Counted from the stretch's first letter, positions 49,099 through 57,686 are shown. The stretch is DNA of 64,000 nt from an uncultured Candidatus Peribacteria bacterium (GCA_964554435.1 CAZKOO010000003.1:5252-69251); one strand, 5' to 3'. Numbers and translations: made by a program. The notes: generated from the sequence alone by a model not told the origin.

Positions 49099-49172
49099 AC
49101 AAGGAAATCATGATTGCAACAACTCATTTTCTCTTGCATCTCTGATTGAAGAAGGTGTACATTAGTTCACCT

Positions 49173-50009
49173 ATGAAACCCAACCTCATTCACCACTATC
49201 AGCAATCCTTTGAAGATCATGCTCGTACATATCAGGGCATCGAATGTTGGTCTGCGCGAGAGTTGCAATTGCTACTCGGATACGATGAATGGCGAAACTT
49301 TTTATTGGTCATTTCTAAGGCGATAGAATCCTGCAAAAATAGCAAAGAGGAGCCAAAATATCATTTTGTTGAGGTCAACAAATTGATCGAAACGGGCAAG
49401 GGTGCAAATCGTCAAATTGAGGACTACTTCCTCACTCGCTACGCCTGTTACCTCATTGCCCAAAACGGCGACCCGCGCAAAGAAGTCATTGCGTTTGCGC
49501 AGAGCTATTTCGCGCTTCAGACGCGGAAGCAGGAAATACTTGAAGAAAGAATCTTACTACAGGAACGCTTGCAAGCACGCGCAAAATTAACGGAAACAGA
49601 AAAGAAACTGAGTGAAAATTTGTATCAACGCGGAGTGAACGAGAAAGGATTTGCAACCATTCGTAGTAAAGGAGATACGGCGCTCTTTGGTGGATATTCG
49701 ACGGGAGCAATGAAACAAAAATTGGGCATCAAGAGCGGTGCGCTCGCTGATCATTTACCGACGATTACCATGAAGGCAAAGGATTTTGCTGCAGAGCTTA
49801 CGAATTTCAATGTAGAAAAAGAAGATATGCATGGAGAGCCGAGCATTACGACGGAACATGTGAAAAATAATACGGAAGTGCGTGCGCTACTACACAAGCG
49901 TGGTATTCAGCCGGAAGAATTACCCGCAGAAGAAGATGTCAAGAAACTGAAGCGAAGGGTCGAGAGACAACAAAAAAATCTTCCATCTGATCTTCCAAAA
50001 TTTCCCTAG
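49173..50009 (+). CDS. dinD: DNA damage-inducible protein D (DinD) family
   Basis: CWSARELQLLLGYDEWRNF..VISKAIESC....YHF...LTRYACYLIAQNGDPRKEVIAFAQSYFALQTRKQE closely follows the DinD N-terminal pattern as I recall it. Confidence 0.75.
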   Translation: MKPNLIHHYQQSFEDHARTYQGIECWSARELQLLLGYDEWRNFLLVISKAIESCKNSKEEPKYHFVEVNKLIETGKGANRQIEDYFLTRYACYLIAQNGDPRKEVIAFAQSYFALQTRKQEILEERILLQERLQARAKLTETEKKLSENLYQRGVNEKGFATIRSKGDTALFGGYSTGAMKQKLGIKSGALADHLPTITMKAKDFAAELTNFNVEKEDMHGEPSITTEHVKNNTEVRALLHKRGIQPEELPAEEDVKKLKRRVERQQKNLPSDLPKFP

Positions 50010-50197
50010 GTTACCAAAATTGTATGCCTACGTTTGCCGATCAATACACACGGCAAAAAACAAATGATTTACTTCACTCATGATTGTAGAGGAAAGAATT
50101 TTTTGCATGTGCTCTTGTTCATTTTTTTCTTCTTTCATCATTCCTCTTGTCAAAGTGAATTCACACTCGCTAGAATGATCTCCGTTCCCTCCTTCCT

Positions 50198-50419
50198 ATG
50201 TCAGCAACTCTTCTCAACACAATTCGTCGTCTTCGCTTCGAAAACGGAATGACGCAAGAAGAATTGGCGTTACGCGTTGGGGTGAGTCGTCAAACAATTA
50301 TGTCGATTGAACGCGGAACAACCAATCCATCTGCGCTTCTTGCATTTAAAATTGCGGTTGCACTCGACGCACAATTCACACAAGTCTTTCAAATTGAAGG
50401 AGAACTTCTTCCTGTATAA
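50198..50419 (+). CDS. XRE-family helix-turn-helix transcriptional regulator
   Basis: LRFENGMTQEELALRVGVSRQTIMSIERGTTNPSALLAFKIAVAL. A TTGTCA-18-TAGAAT promoter-like pair lies at 50147-50176. Confidence 0.9.
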   Translation: MSATLLNTIRRLRFENGMTQEELALRVGVSRQTIMSIERGTTNPSALLAFKIAVALDAQFTQVFQIEGELLPV

Positions 50420-50423
50420 AAAA

Positions 50424-52055
50424 TCACAAAGCAATACGCAGATCTTTCAAGAGATACTGTGGTTCTTTTTGGTTATTCCATTCATTGATACTCAGTGTCA
50501 CGAGTGCATCAATGGTTGATTGTTTTTGCAAGAGAGGAAGAAGATGTCCAAGTCCAAAACCAATTGTTTTGATACCTTGTAAGCGACACTGCAAATGAGA
50601 TGCATCTGCCCCAACAGTGCGAAGATCTGTCAGAGAAAAACGCGGACAGTAGAACACTGGTTCTTCATTCTGCGCTCCAAATGGATGTAAAACGCTGACA
50701 GAATCAATGAACGAAATGGAGGGAAGAATGTTTTTCGACAACGATGCATGTGCAGTGATGCTTGGACACAGCGTTTCCGTATCGACAGATGATGCAATGA
50801 TCTCTGTAAGAATTCGATGCACATCTTCTTTATTCGATGCATGGAAAGAACATCCTGCTGCCTGTGCATGCCCTCCAAAACTGATGAGAAGCGGTGCGAG
50901 GCGAGGGTCGCTCAAACAATCGGCAATGTGCACCGAGGAAGGGCTACGAAGAGATGCAATGCAGATGTCTCCCTGTGGCGCACTCACCATGCTTGGCTTT
51001 CCTGTTTTTTCTGTGAGCTTTCCTGCAAGAAGTCCAACCGTTCCTGCGGTGGCACTCGACGCAAAATGCGCGAGTAAAGGAAGTGGTGACGAGAGAAGAT
51101 GATCAACCTCATTCCACAATTCTTTCACCGTCTCTTGCCTCTCTTCATTGAGCGTGTGAAGGATGGAAAGTGCCTCTCCTCCATCTCGAAGTGCATCAAA
51201 GGCGAGACGAGGGTGTGCCATGCGTCCTGCAGCATTGAGGCGTGGCACAATGCGAAACGCAATATCGCTACTTGTGATGGGGCGATGACTACACACAAGA
51301 TCAAGAAGTTCACTCAAAGGGGACATCTTCAGTGCTTCCATTTTTTTAAGACCATAGCGCACAAGTGTGCGATTTTCTCCGGTGAGTGGCACAATGTCAC
51401 CAATCGTTCCAATGGCAGCAAGAGCTAAATCTTCATCCACTCCTTCCCATGGTTTTTCATCTTCGAGGGCACGAATGAGCATGAAGGCAACCCCAGCGCC
51501 ACAGAAATGCTCGTAGCCGCACGAACTTGGCACGGTAGGGTGGATGACTGCAGAAGCAGGCGGACGCCCTCTACGTGCATGGTGGTGATCGGTGACGATG
51601 ACATCAATGTTCTGGAGGAGCGCATAAAGAATTTCATCGTGCGCTGTGATGCCTGTATCCACGGTGATGATGAGATCAACACCCTCTTGTTTACACCAAT
51701 CGATGATCGATTTCTTGAGACCATACCCTTCCTTCATGCGATCGGGCAAATAGACGAGTGGCTCGACACCGTGACGTTTGAAAAATCGGAAAAGTTGCAA
51801 GGAAGCTGTAATGCCATCCGCGTCATAGTCTCCCACAATGCAAATTGTCTTCTTCTCATTCATCGCAGAACGAATGATCTCGAGCACTTGTTTCATCTCA
51901 GGAAATGCGAAAGGAGAGCACAATTTTTTCTGCGCATCGGACGTGAGATCAATCCCTCGTTTCTGCGCAAGAGAGGAGATCGCTCCAGAGGAAAGATCGA
52001 TCGGGTCGAGCGATTCGATGATCCAATGCTTGTTGGTGAGGGAGGGGGAGGACAT
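50424..52055 (-). CDS. recJ: single-stranded-DNA-specific exonuclease RecJ
   Basis: DHH motifs: IVGDYDADGITAS, ITVDTG, VTDHH. DHHA1 motif: GGHAQAAG. Confidence 0.93.
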   Translation of the reverse strand: MSSPSLTNKHWIIESLDPIDLSSGAISSLAQKRGIDLTSDAQKKLCSPFAFPEMKQVLEIIRSAMNEKKTICIVGDYDADGITASLQLFRFFKRHGVEPLVYLPDRMKEGYGLKKSIIDWCKQEGVDLIITVDTGITAHDEILYALLQNIDVIVTDHHHARRGRPPASAVIHPTVPSSCGYEHFCGAGVAFMLIRALEDEKPWEGVDEDLALAAIGTIGDIVPLTGENRTLVRYGLKKMEALKMSPLSELLDLVCSHRPITSSDIAFRIVPRLNAAGRMAHPRLAFDALRDGGEALSILHTLNEERQETVKELWNEVDHLLSSPLPLLAHFASSATAGTVGLLAGKLTEKTGKPSMVSAPQGDICIASLRSPSSVHIADCLSDPRLAPLLISFGGHAQAAGCSFHASNKEDVHRILTEIIASSVDTETLCPSITAHASLSKNILPSISFIDSVSVLHPFGAQNEEPVFYCPRFSLTDLRTVGADASHLQCRLQGIKTIGFGLGHLLPLLQKQSTIDALVTLSINEWNNQKEPQYLLKDLRIAL

Positions 52056-52064
52056 GAGAGTTGG

Positions 52065-52090
52065 TAGTTGTTAGTAGGTAGTTGTTAGTC
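52065..52090 (-). repeat. dispersed 17-nt motif (exact) plus partial tandem copy
   Basis: The plus strand reads GGTAGTTGTTAGTA|GGTAGTTGTTAGTC, a 14-nt unit twice. Sense to recJ, 9 nt upstream of its ATG. Forms an inverted pair with 52478..52494. Confidence 0.75.
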
Positions 52091-52091
52091 T

Positions 52092-52442
52092 TTATTTGAG
52101 TGAGCCCTGAAACGCTCTCATCATTTTACCTACCTCTTCAAGTAACTGAATTATTACATCGAATTGAGGCTGGGAAATATACCCTATCTCATATGCAAGA
52201 ATATACTGTGTTTGCAATTCTGCCAAAGATCCACGCGCAATAGAAAGAAAGTGTGAAAATTCTTTTGAAGAATTTCTCTGGCTACCCTCTGCAATATTGG
52301 ATGGTATTGAGACAGATGCTCGTCTCATTTGAGAAGATAGTCCATAAAGTTCTTCTTTTGGGAAAAGTCGTAATAATCGATATGTTTCTTTGGCTAGAGA
52401 CATTGACTTTGTCCAAATATGTAGTTTTTGAAAAGGGAGCAT
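52092..52442 (-). CDS. four-helix-bundle protein (23S rRNA intervening-sequence protein family)
   Basis: LYGLSSQMRRASVSIPSNIAEGSQRNSSKEFSHFLSIARGSLAELQTQ is the family signature. Confidence 0.9.
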   Translation of the reverse strand: MLPFQKLHIWTKSMSLAKETYRLLRLFPKEELYGLSSQMRRASVSIPSNIAEGSQRNSSKEFSHFLSIARGSLAELQTQYILAYEIGYISQPQFDVIIQLLEEVGKMMRAFQGSLK

Positions 52443-52477
52443 AGAGTGGATTGTATGGCAAGAAAATCTACAATCAA

Positions 52478-52494
52478 CTACCTACTAACAACTA
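52478..52494 (+). repeat. dispersed 17-nt motif (exact CTACCTACTAACAACTA)
   Basis: Lies 36 nt upstream of ATG 52442 but in antisense orientation to it. It is the inverted partner of 52065..52081. Confidence 0.75.
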
Positions 52495-52520
52495 ACCACT
52501 ACCGACTCATTGATTTTCCG

Positions 52521-53909
52521 CTACCACTTCACCTCTTCGTATGTTCTCAAGTGCAAAAGAACGGTGTCCTTCACTTCCGCTAATTTCTCTGCTGATCTCG
52601 CTTCAATGCAGATACTCAAGCACGGACTGGTATTGCTATAACGAATGCCTGCCCATGCACTGTCGCCAAAATCGATGCGTGCGCCGTCGAGTGTGAGCAC
52701 AGGGTAGTCAGTTTGAAAATGCGCAATCACACGATCAATCACACTGCGCTTCTGATCATCGCTACAGTATGGACGGAGTTCTTCCATTTGATAGACCTGC
52801 GGATATTCTGCAATCTTTGCGCTCAGGGTTTTTTGCTGTCGCACGCTCTGAAAAAAGGAGAGAATGCGCAAGCTCGCGACAATGGCATCATCAAAAGAAA
52901 AATAGTTTTCAGCACAGAAGAAATGCCCCGATTGCTCTCCACCGAGAAGCGCAGAATGTTCATGCATGGCATGCTCCACAAACGAGTGTCCCACCTTGCA
53001 CAACACAGATGTTCCTCCCCACTTCAGAACCTCTGTTTCGATGATGCTCGAGTTACTCACAGTGGAGATCACTGTTCCGCCTTTGGTGCGAGAAAGATGA
53101 TCTTCTGCGAGGAGTAACAACACTTGATCGGCTGTCACAATCTCTCCTCGCTCATCGATGAGCCCAACTCTGTCTCCATCCCCATCAAACGCAAGGCCAA
53201 AATCTGCTTTGTGCTCTTTCACGGATGCTTGTACATCTTTGAGTGTTGCGTACTTACTTGGGTCCGCTGCGTGATTGGGGAATGTGCCATCTGGCTCGGT
53301 AAAAAGTTCAACGACAGTTGCACCCACTGCTTTGAGAATCTGACTATACACAGGTCCTGCAATGCCATTGCCTGCATCGATCGATACTGTCACATCTTTT
53401 CCTGCATTTGGAAATAGACGAGAAAGATGCTGAACGTAGGGCGTCACGGCATCGAACGCTTCTTCACTTCCGCCATCACAGCGACGAAGTCCGCCTGCAA
53501 GAATGCGCTGAAACAGCATCTGTAAATCTTCTCCTGCAAACGCATTCGCACCCTCTGTACAAAGCTTGATACCATTATCTTCTTTGGGGTTATGGCTGGC
53601 CGTAATCTGCATGCCTCCATCGGCATCAGTCGTGCAAATGGTGAAGTAATTGATGGGGCTTGGAGTCGCACCAATCGTCTGCACTGCACAACCCGCGTGC
53701 TTGAGGCCTTCGATCACTTCTCGTTCAAGTTCAGGACCATGCGTGCGTGCATCGCGCCCTACAATGACAACTGGATGCTCTTTCTGTGTTCGTTCAAAAA
53801 GGATGGTTCCAAATGCTTGACCAATGAGAAAACATGCATCGGTGGTGAGGTCAATGTGTGCCTTTCCACGAATGTCATAGGCACGGAAGATGTGAGGGTT
53901 GAGGGTCAT
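52521..53909 (-). CDS. phosphomannomutase/phosphoglucomutase
   Basis: FRAYDIRG; ITASHNPKEDNGIKL is the active-site Ser loop; FDGDGDR is the Mg loop; GGEQSGH. ATG 53909 chosen. Confidence 0.92.
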   Translation of the reverse strand: MTLNPHIFRAYDIRGKAHIDLTTDACFLIGQAFGTILFERTQKEHPVVIVGRDARTHGPELEREVIEGLKHAGCAVQTIGATPSPINYFTICTTDADGGMQITASHNPKEDNGIKLCTEGANAFAGEDLQMLFQRILAGGLRRCDGGSEEAFDAVTPYVQHLSRLFPNAGKDVTVSIDAGNGIAGPVYSQILKAVGATVVELFTEPDGTFPNHAADPSKYATLKDVQASVKEHKADFGLAFDGDGDRVGLIDERGEIVTADQVLLLLAEDHLSRTKGGTVISTVSNSSIIETEVLKWGGTSVLCKVGHSFVEHAMHEHSALLGGEQSGHFFCAENYFSFDDAIVASLRILSFFQSVRQQKTLSAKIAEYPQVYQMEELRPYCSDDQKRSVIDRVIAHFQTDYPVLTLDGARIDFGDSAWAGIRYSNTSPCLSICIEARSAEKLAEVKDTVLLHLRTYEEVKW

Positions 53910-53956
53910 GAGGGAAGTATAGCAAAGAAAATCGAAAGAGACGATCTTGCATAGGT

Positions 53957-53975
53957 GATACACTTATGATACACT
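53957..53975 (+). promoter_or_regulatory. direct repeat GATACACT-3 nt-GATACACT upstream of TA operon (operator candidate)
   Basis: Two 8-mers with 11-bp centre-to-centre spacing, 20 nt upstream of ATG 53995. They overlap a TACACT -10-like hexamer. Confidence 0.35.
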
Positions 53976-53994
53976 CTATCTATTCACTCATTCT

Positions 53995-54216
53995 ATGCCT
54001 ACACTCAAAAAACGCATCAACATCAGCTTGCCACACGAGATCGATCAAGTTCTTTCCTTCGTTGCAAAGAGAGATGATCTGCCACAAGCAACAAAAGCAT
54101 TACATCTTCTGACTCTTGCACTGGAGATTGAAGAAGATAGTGCGCTCAATGCGATTGCAAAGAAGAGAAATACAAAACATGCAACATTTATTTCTCATGA
54201 AGACGCATGGAAGTAG
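53995..54216 (+). CDS. ribbon-helix-helix type antitoxin (RelB/ParD-like)
   Basis: 73 aa. KKRINISLPHEIDQVLSFVAKRD is an N-terminal RHH strand-helix. Overlaps the toxin gene by 10 nt. Confidence 0.7.
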   Translation: MPTLKKRINISLPHEIDQVLSFVAKRDDLPQATKALHLLTLALEIEEDSALNAIAKKRNTKHATFISHEDAWK

Positions 54217-54497
54217 CCTATATCGTTACCTATCATGAAGATGTGTTACGGGATGACATTCCAGCTCTTCCAAAAACAATGAAAATACGCATCAAAAAAG
54301 CAATTGAAGAAAAACTGATGACCGCTCCTGATCTTTTTGGAAAGCCACTCTGGAGAGATTTAATTGGTATGAAAAAGCTTCGCGTCGGTGATTATCGTAT
54401 TGTGTTCTGCATTCAGAAAAAAACCGTACGCATTCTTTCTATTAATCATCGATCGATTGTGTATGACAGAAAAATCGAGAAACGATTGGAAAAGTAA
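54207..54497 (+). CDS. RelE/ParE family toxin
   Basis: IKKAIEEKLMTAPDLFGKPLWRDLIGMKKLRVGDYRIVFCIQKKTVRILSINHR. Confidence 0.88.
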   Translation: MEVAYIVTYHEDVLRDDIPALPKTMKIRIKKAIEEKLMTAPDLFGKPLWRDLIGMKKLRVGDYRIVFCIQKKTVRILSINHRSIVYDRKIEKRLEK

Positions 54498-54507
54498 GGT
54501 CTAAAAT

Positions 54508-54531
54508 CCCCCCCCCGTGTACACGGGGGGG
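54508..54531. terminator. GC palindrome hairpin between convergent genes
   Basis: C9-GTGTACAC-G7 (CCCCCCCGTGT/ACACGGGGGGG) lies 11 nt after the relE stop and 23 nt after the ssb stop. No U-tract on either side. Confidence 0.5.
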
Positions 54532-54553
54532 ATACACATCGAAAGAAACAATA

Positions 54554-55429
54554 TTAAAACGGAAGATCTTCTGGTTTGATGTCCGACTCGTACTTAATAT
54601 CTGGGAGTGGAGCAGAAGAGACAGGCGCAACGTGAGGAGCATCTGAAAGATGTTCTGGAGTAGAAGGCGCAGGAGCGGAGGCAAAGCCAGAGTCGGACTT
54701 GATGTTCGATAGAGCATCAGCATTGCGGACGCCAACAACGGTCACTGTATCGGCAATGATTTCTGTAGTGGTACGCTTTTGACCTGTTTGTGTTTCCCAT
54801 GCGCGAGTTTGCACTCGTCCAGAAACATACACCTTTTGGCCTTTTTTGAGTCCCATACTAATTTCTTTTGCAAGGTCACCCCATGCAACAACGTTATGAA
54901 ACTCCACGCGTTCTTTTTGCTCATTCGTTGCCTTTTCGCGCCAACGCTCATTCGTGGCAATGCCAAAACTCACAACGTTCTGGCCACTTGTTGTGGTGCG
55001 CATCTCAGGATCTTTTGTCAGATTTCCAAGAACCTGTGCAGTATTGAGTGATGTGCCAATTTTTTGGAGAGAGGTAGCAGGAGTTGTTTGACCTTCTTTT
55101 GGATCGAGAAGAATCATATCGAGTCCAACAATTTTTGTCTTCGAACGCTTTTCATTGGTCTGAGGATCGTCCCAAGAATCGGTCTGTAAACGTCCGGAAA
55201 TGAACAGGTGAGAACCAGGCTTCACATACTGACCGGCAATATCTGCCATGGCACCCCAGAGGGTAACGGTGTGAAAACTCTTACTTGTCACCACATCCCC
55301 TTTTTCTGTCGTAATAGAGAGTGGAACAACAATATTGAGATCGGTAACATTCGTACCACCTGGTGTGGCGCGAAGTGTGACTGGCTCTGTTTGATAGCCG
55401 ATGATGTCGATGCGATTGAGGGAGAACAT
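54554..55429 (-). CDS. ssb: single-stranded DNA-binding protein with two tandem OB folds
   Basis: ATG 55429 chosen (MFSLNRIDIIGY). OB1: ...FHTVTLWGAMADIAGQYVKPGSHLFISGRLQTDSWDD. OB2: LNTAQVLGNLTKDPEMR...FHNVVAWGDLAKEISMGLKKGQKVYVSGRVQTRAWE. C-terminal tip: DIKPEDLPF. Confidence 0.88.
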   Translation of the reverse strand: MFSLNRIDIIGYQTEPVTLRATPGGTNVTDLNIVVPLSITTEKGDVVTSKSFHTVTLWGAMADIAGQYVKPGSHLFISGRLQTDSWDDPQTNEKRSKTKIVGLDMILLDPKEGQTTPATSLQKIGTSLNTAQVLGNLTKDPEMRTTTSGQNVVSFGIATNERWREKATNEQKERVEFHNVVAWGDLAKEISMGLKKGQKVYVSGRVQTRAWETQTGQKRTTTEIIADTVTVVGVRNADALSNIKSDSGFASAPAPSTPEHLSDAPHVAPVSSAPLPDIKYESDIKPEDLPF

Positions 55430-55622
55430 AAAAATGTGGGGTATGGAAGTAAAGGAGGTCTCGAGAGAAATCTTCCAATCGCAGAAGGAAGACGCTCTTT
55501 GTTGACGTGAACGATCGTACACCAAAAGAAAAGAAAGGGTCAAGAAAACAGACTTGCATTTTTGGAAAAAAAGTATAAAAAACCTTATAGACAGCCAGAA
55601 GGAGACAGTGGATACTACACGC

Positions 55623-56411
55623 ATGTCACTTCTATCACTTCACGATCTTCATGTTGCAATTGATGAGAAAGAAATTCTCAAAGGTCTCTCGCTGACTGTC
55701 GAAAAAGGAGAAATTCATGCCATCATGGGGCCCAACGGATCGGGGAAATCGACGCTTGCATCCACACTGCTAGCTCATCCAGCATACACTGTCAGAAGCG
55801 GAGAAATGCTTCTCGAGGGCGAGAACATCCTTCCTTTATCGACTGATGAACGCGCGCGAAAAGGCATCTTTCTTGCACTGCAGTATCCAAAAGAAATTGC
55901 CGGTGTATCACTGCGGAGCTTCCTTCTTGCAGCAACCGAAGCACAGCGTCAAGCACGGAATCCTGATCATAAAAAACTCTCACCTGTGCGATTTGCAAAA
56001 GAAGTGGAAGAAGTGATGACGTCCCTCTCTATGGACCCATCATTCATGAATCGATCAGTGAATCAAGGGTTTTCTGGAGGCGAGAAAAAGAAAGCAGAAA
56101 TTTTACAAATGATGCTCTTAAAGCCACGTCTTGCCGTTCTCGATGAAACCGACTCAGGGCTCGATGTCGATGCACTAAAAATTGTTGCAGAAGGCGTTAA
56201 TCGTCTTCGTGGGCCCGATTTCTCAGCAATCATTGTCACGCACTATGCGAGGCTTCTTGAGTACATCGTCCCCGATTATGTCCATGTGATGATCAAGGGA
56301 AAGATTGTTGACAGTGGCACCGCCGATCTTGCCTACAAATTAGAAAAAGAAGGATATGCACAATATGGCGTACAGGAAAACATTACACTCGACACAGATA
56401 CGATGATCTAA
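55623..56411 (+). CDS. sufC: Fe-S cluster assembly ATPase SufC
   Basis: LSLHDLHVAIDEKEILKGLSL.VEKGEIHAIMGPNGSGKSTL, NQGFSGGEKKK.EILQM, LAVLDETDSGLD. ATG 55623 chosen. Confidence 0.9.
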   Translation: MSLLSLHDLHVAIDEKEILKGLSLTVEKGEIHAIMGPNGSGKSTLASTLLAHPAYTVRSGEMLLEGENILPLSTDERARKGIFLALQYPKEIAGVSLRSFLLAATEAQRQARNPDHKKLSPVRFAKEVEEVMTSLSMDPSFMNRSVNQGFSGGEKKKAEILQMMLLKPRLAVLDETDSGLDVDALKIVAEGVNRLRGPDFSAIIVTHYARLLEYIVPDYVHVMIKGKIVDSGTADLAYKLEKEGYAQYGVQENITLDTDTMI

Positions 56412-57040
56412 TGCCAAACAGAAAACGTCTTTCATACTCCTCTATGTCCCTCCTTCCTCCACAAATTCAAAAGACCATCGATGAGCTGAGTAAGCTTCCT
56501 GGCATTGGCCCAAAGAGCGCAGAACGCCTGACATTTCATCTTCTTCGTAGTACAAAAGCAACGCCAGAAGCGCTAGGAAATGCCCTTCTCAGCCTCAAGC
56601 GAGAGCTCCACTATTGCAGAATCTGCCAAATGATTACACTCGAGGAACACTGTGCAATTTGCCAAAAAACTGATCGTGATCGCACAACCATTTTGGTCGT
56701 CGAGGAGCCTCTCGAAGTTGTTGCTTTTGAGAAATCGGGGTACAAAGGTGTGTACCATGTGCTCCATGGTGTCCTCTCCCCTATTGATGGCATGGGACCT
56801 GAACAACTGAAACTTCGCGAGCTCATCGATCGTGCACAAAAGGGAGACATCACAGAAATCATCATTGCAACAAATTTGGATGTGGAAGGCGAAGCAACTG
56901 CAGCCTTCATTCGTCAAAAACTCTCATCACTTCCACTCACCATCACACGCCTCGCACACGGACTCCCCATGGGCGCGGACATCGAATTTGCCGATCACAT
57001 CACACTGAAAGAAGCTCTGGCAGGAAGAAGGAAGGCGTAG
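56411..57040 (+). CDS. recR: recombination protein RecR
   Basis: LSKLPGIGPKSAERLTFHLL is the HhH motif. CRIC....CAIC is the zinc finger. Toprim region: ILVVEEPLEVVAFEKSG.Y.G.YHVL.G.LSP. ATG 56411 overlaps the sufC TAA (TAATG). Alternative ATG at 56444. Confidence 0.92.
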   Translation: MPNRKRLSYSSMSLLPPQIQKTIDELSKLPGIGPKSAERLTFHLLRSTKATPEALGNALLSLKRELHYCRICQMITLEEHCAICQKTDRDRTTILVVEEPLEVVAFEKSGYKGVYHVLHGVLSPIDGMGPEQLKLRELIDRAQKGDITEIIIATNLDVEGEATAAFIRQKLSSLPLTITRLAHGLPMGADIEFADHITLKEALAGRRKA

Positions 57041-57629
57041 GATGAGCACTTATAACAGTAATACCCATCATTCTCGTTCGATAGGAGAACACTGCTGCAC
57101 AAATGCCCTCCTCCTCGCCAAGAGTAACGTAGATTTGAGAAAGAATTTCCCGACAGCTTGGTTTTGACCAATCATCATTCTCCCAGTCTTTCCAACTGCC
57201 TTGACTTTTTCGTTGTGATCTTGCTTCTTCTCTCTGACGATATTCTGTTTCTGTATGATCATGAATCTCTTGAAGAAAAGGACGAAGTAATTCCCGTTGT
57301 TCTTCACGAAGAATCATCTGCAGACCAACCAAGCGTACCTCAACGCCGATATCACCACCTTTGGGACCAGTCGTAAGATAGGAAATCCAGTACTCTGCAA
57401 GAGGGTCGGAAGAAGAAAGGGAAAGCATACAATATGGAAAAAACCCCGCATGGAATGTGCGAGGGAAGGTAGAAGTGAAAAACATCACAACACACACTCT
57501 CGCACAGCGTGCATCATCATGTGTTGCATCAACAATGAGAGAAGTAGTTGCATTAGGAATCAGTATTCTCCTTTCTTTTTTATCGTCAAGTATTTCATCA
57601 AAGAATAGAAAAAGATGGCTTTCGAACAA
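57000..57629 (-). CDS. hypothetical protein
   Basis: It is the longest ORF in a 650-nt stretch that is otherwise unassigned. No motifs recognised. Its 3' end overlaps recR by 41 nt. Confidence 0.35.
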   Translation of the reverse strand: MFESHLFLFFDEILDDKKERRILIPNATTSLIVDATHDDARCARVCVVMFFTSTFPRTFHAGFFPYCMLSLSSSDPLAEYWISYLTTGPKGGDIGVEVRLVGLQMILREEQRELLRPFLQEIHDHTETEYRQREEARSQRKSQGSWKDWENDDWSKPSCREILSQIYVTLGEEEGICAAVFSYRTRMMGITVISAHPTPSFFLPELLSV

Positions 57630-57686
57630 TAAAAAATGGTCACCCTGAGAATTCTCATGGTAACCATTTTCAAGACAACACTCTGT

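Noticed and set aside
50034-50252. 72-aa plus-strand ORF upstream of and overlapping the XRE gene
   Set aside because: It covers the predicted XRE promoter and start, and its product is hydrophobic nonsense.
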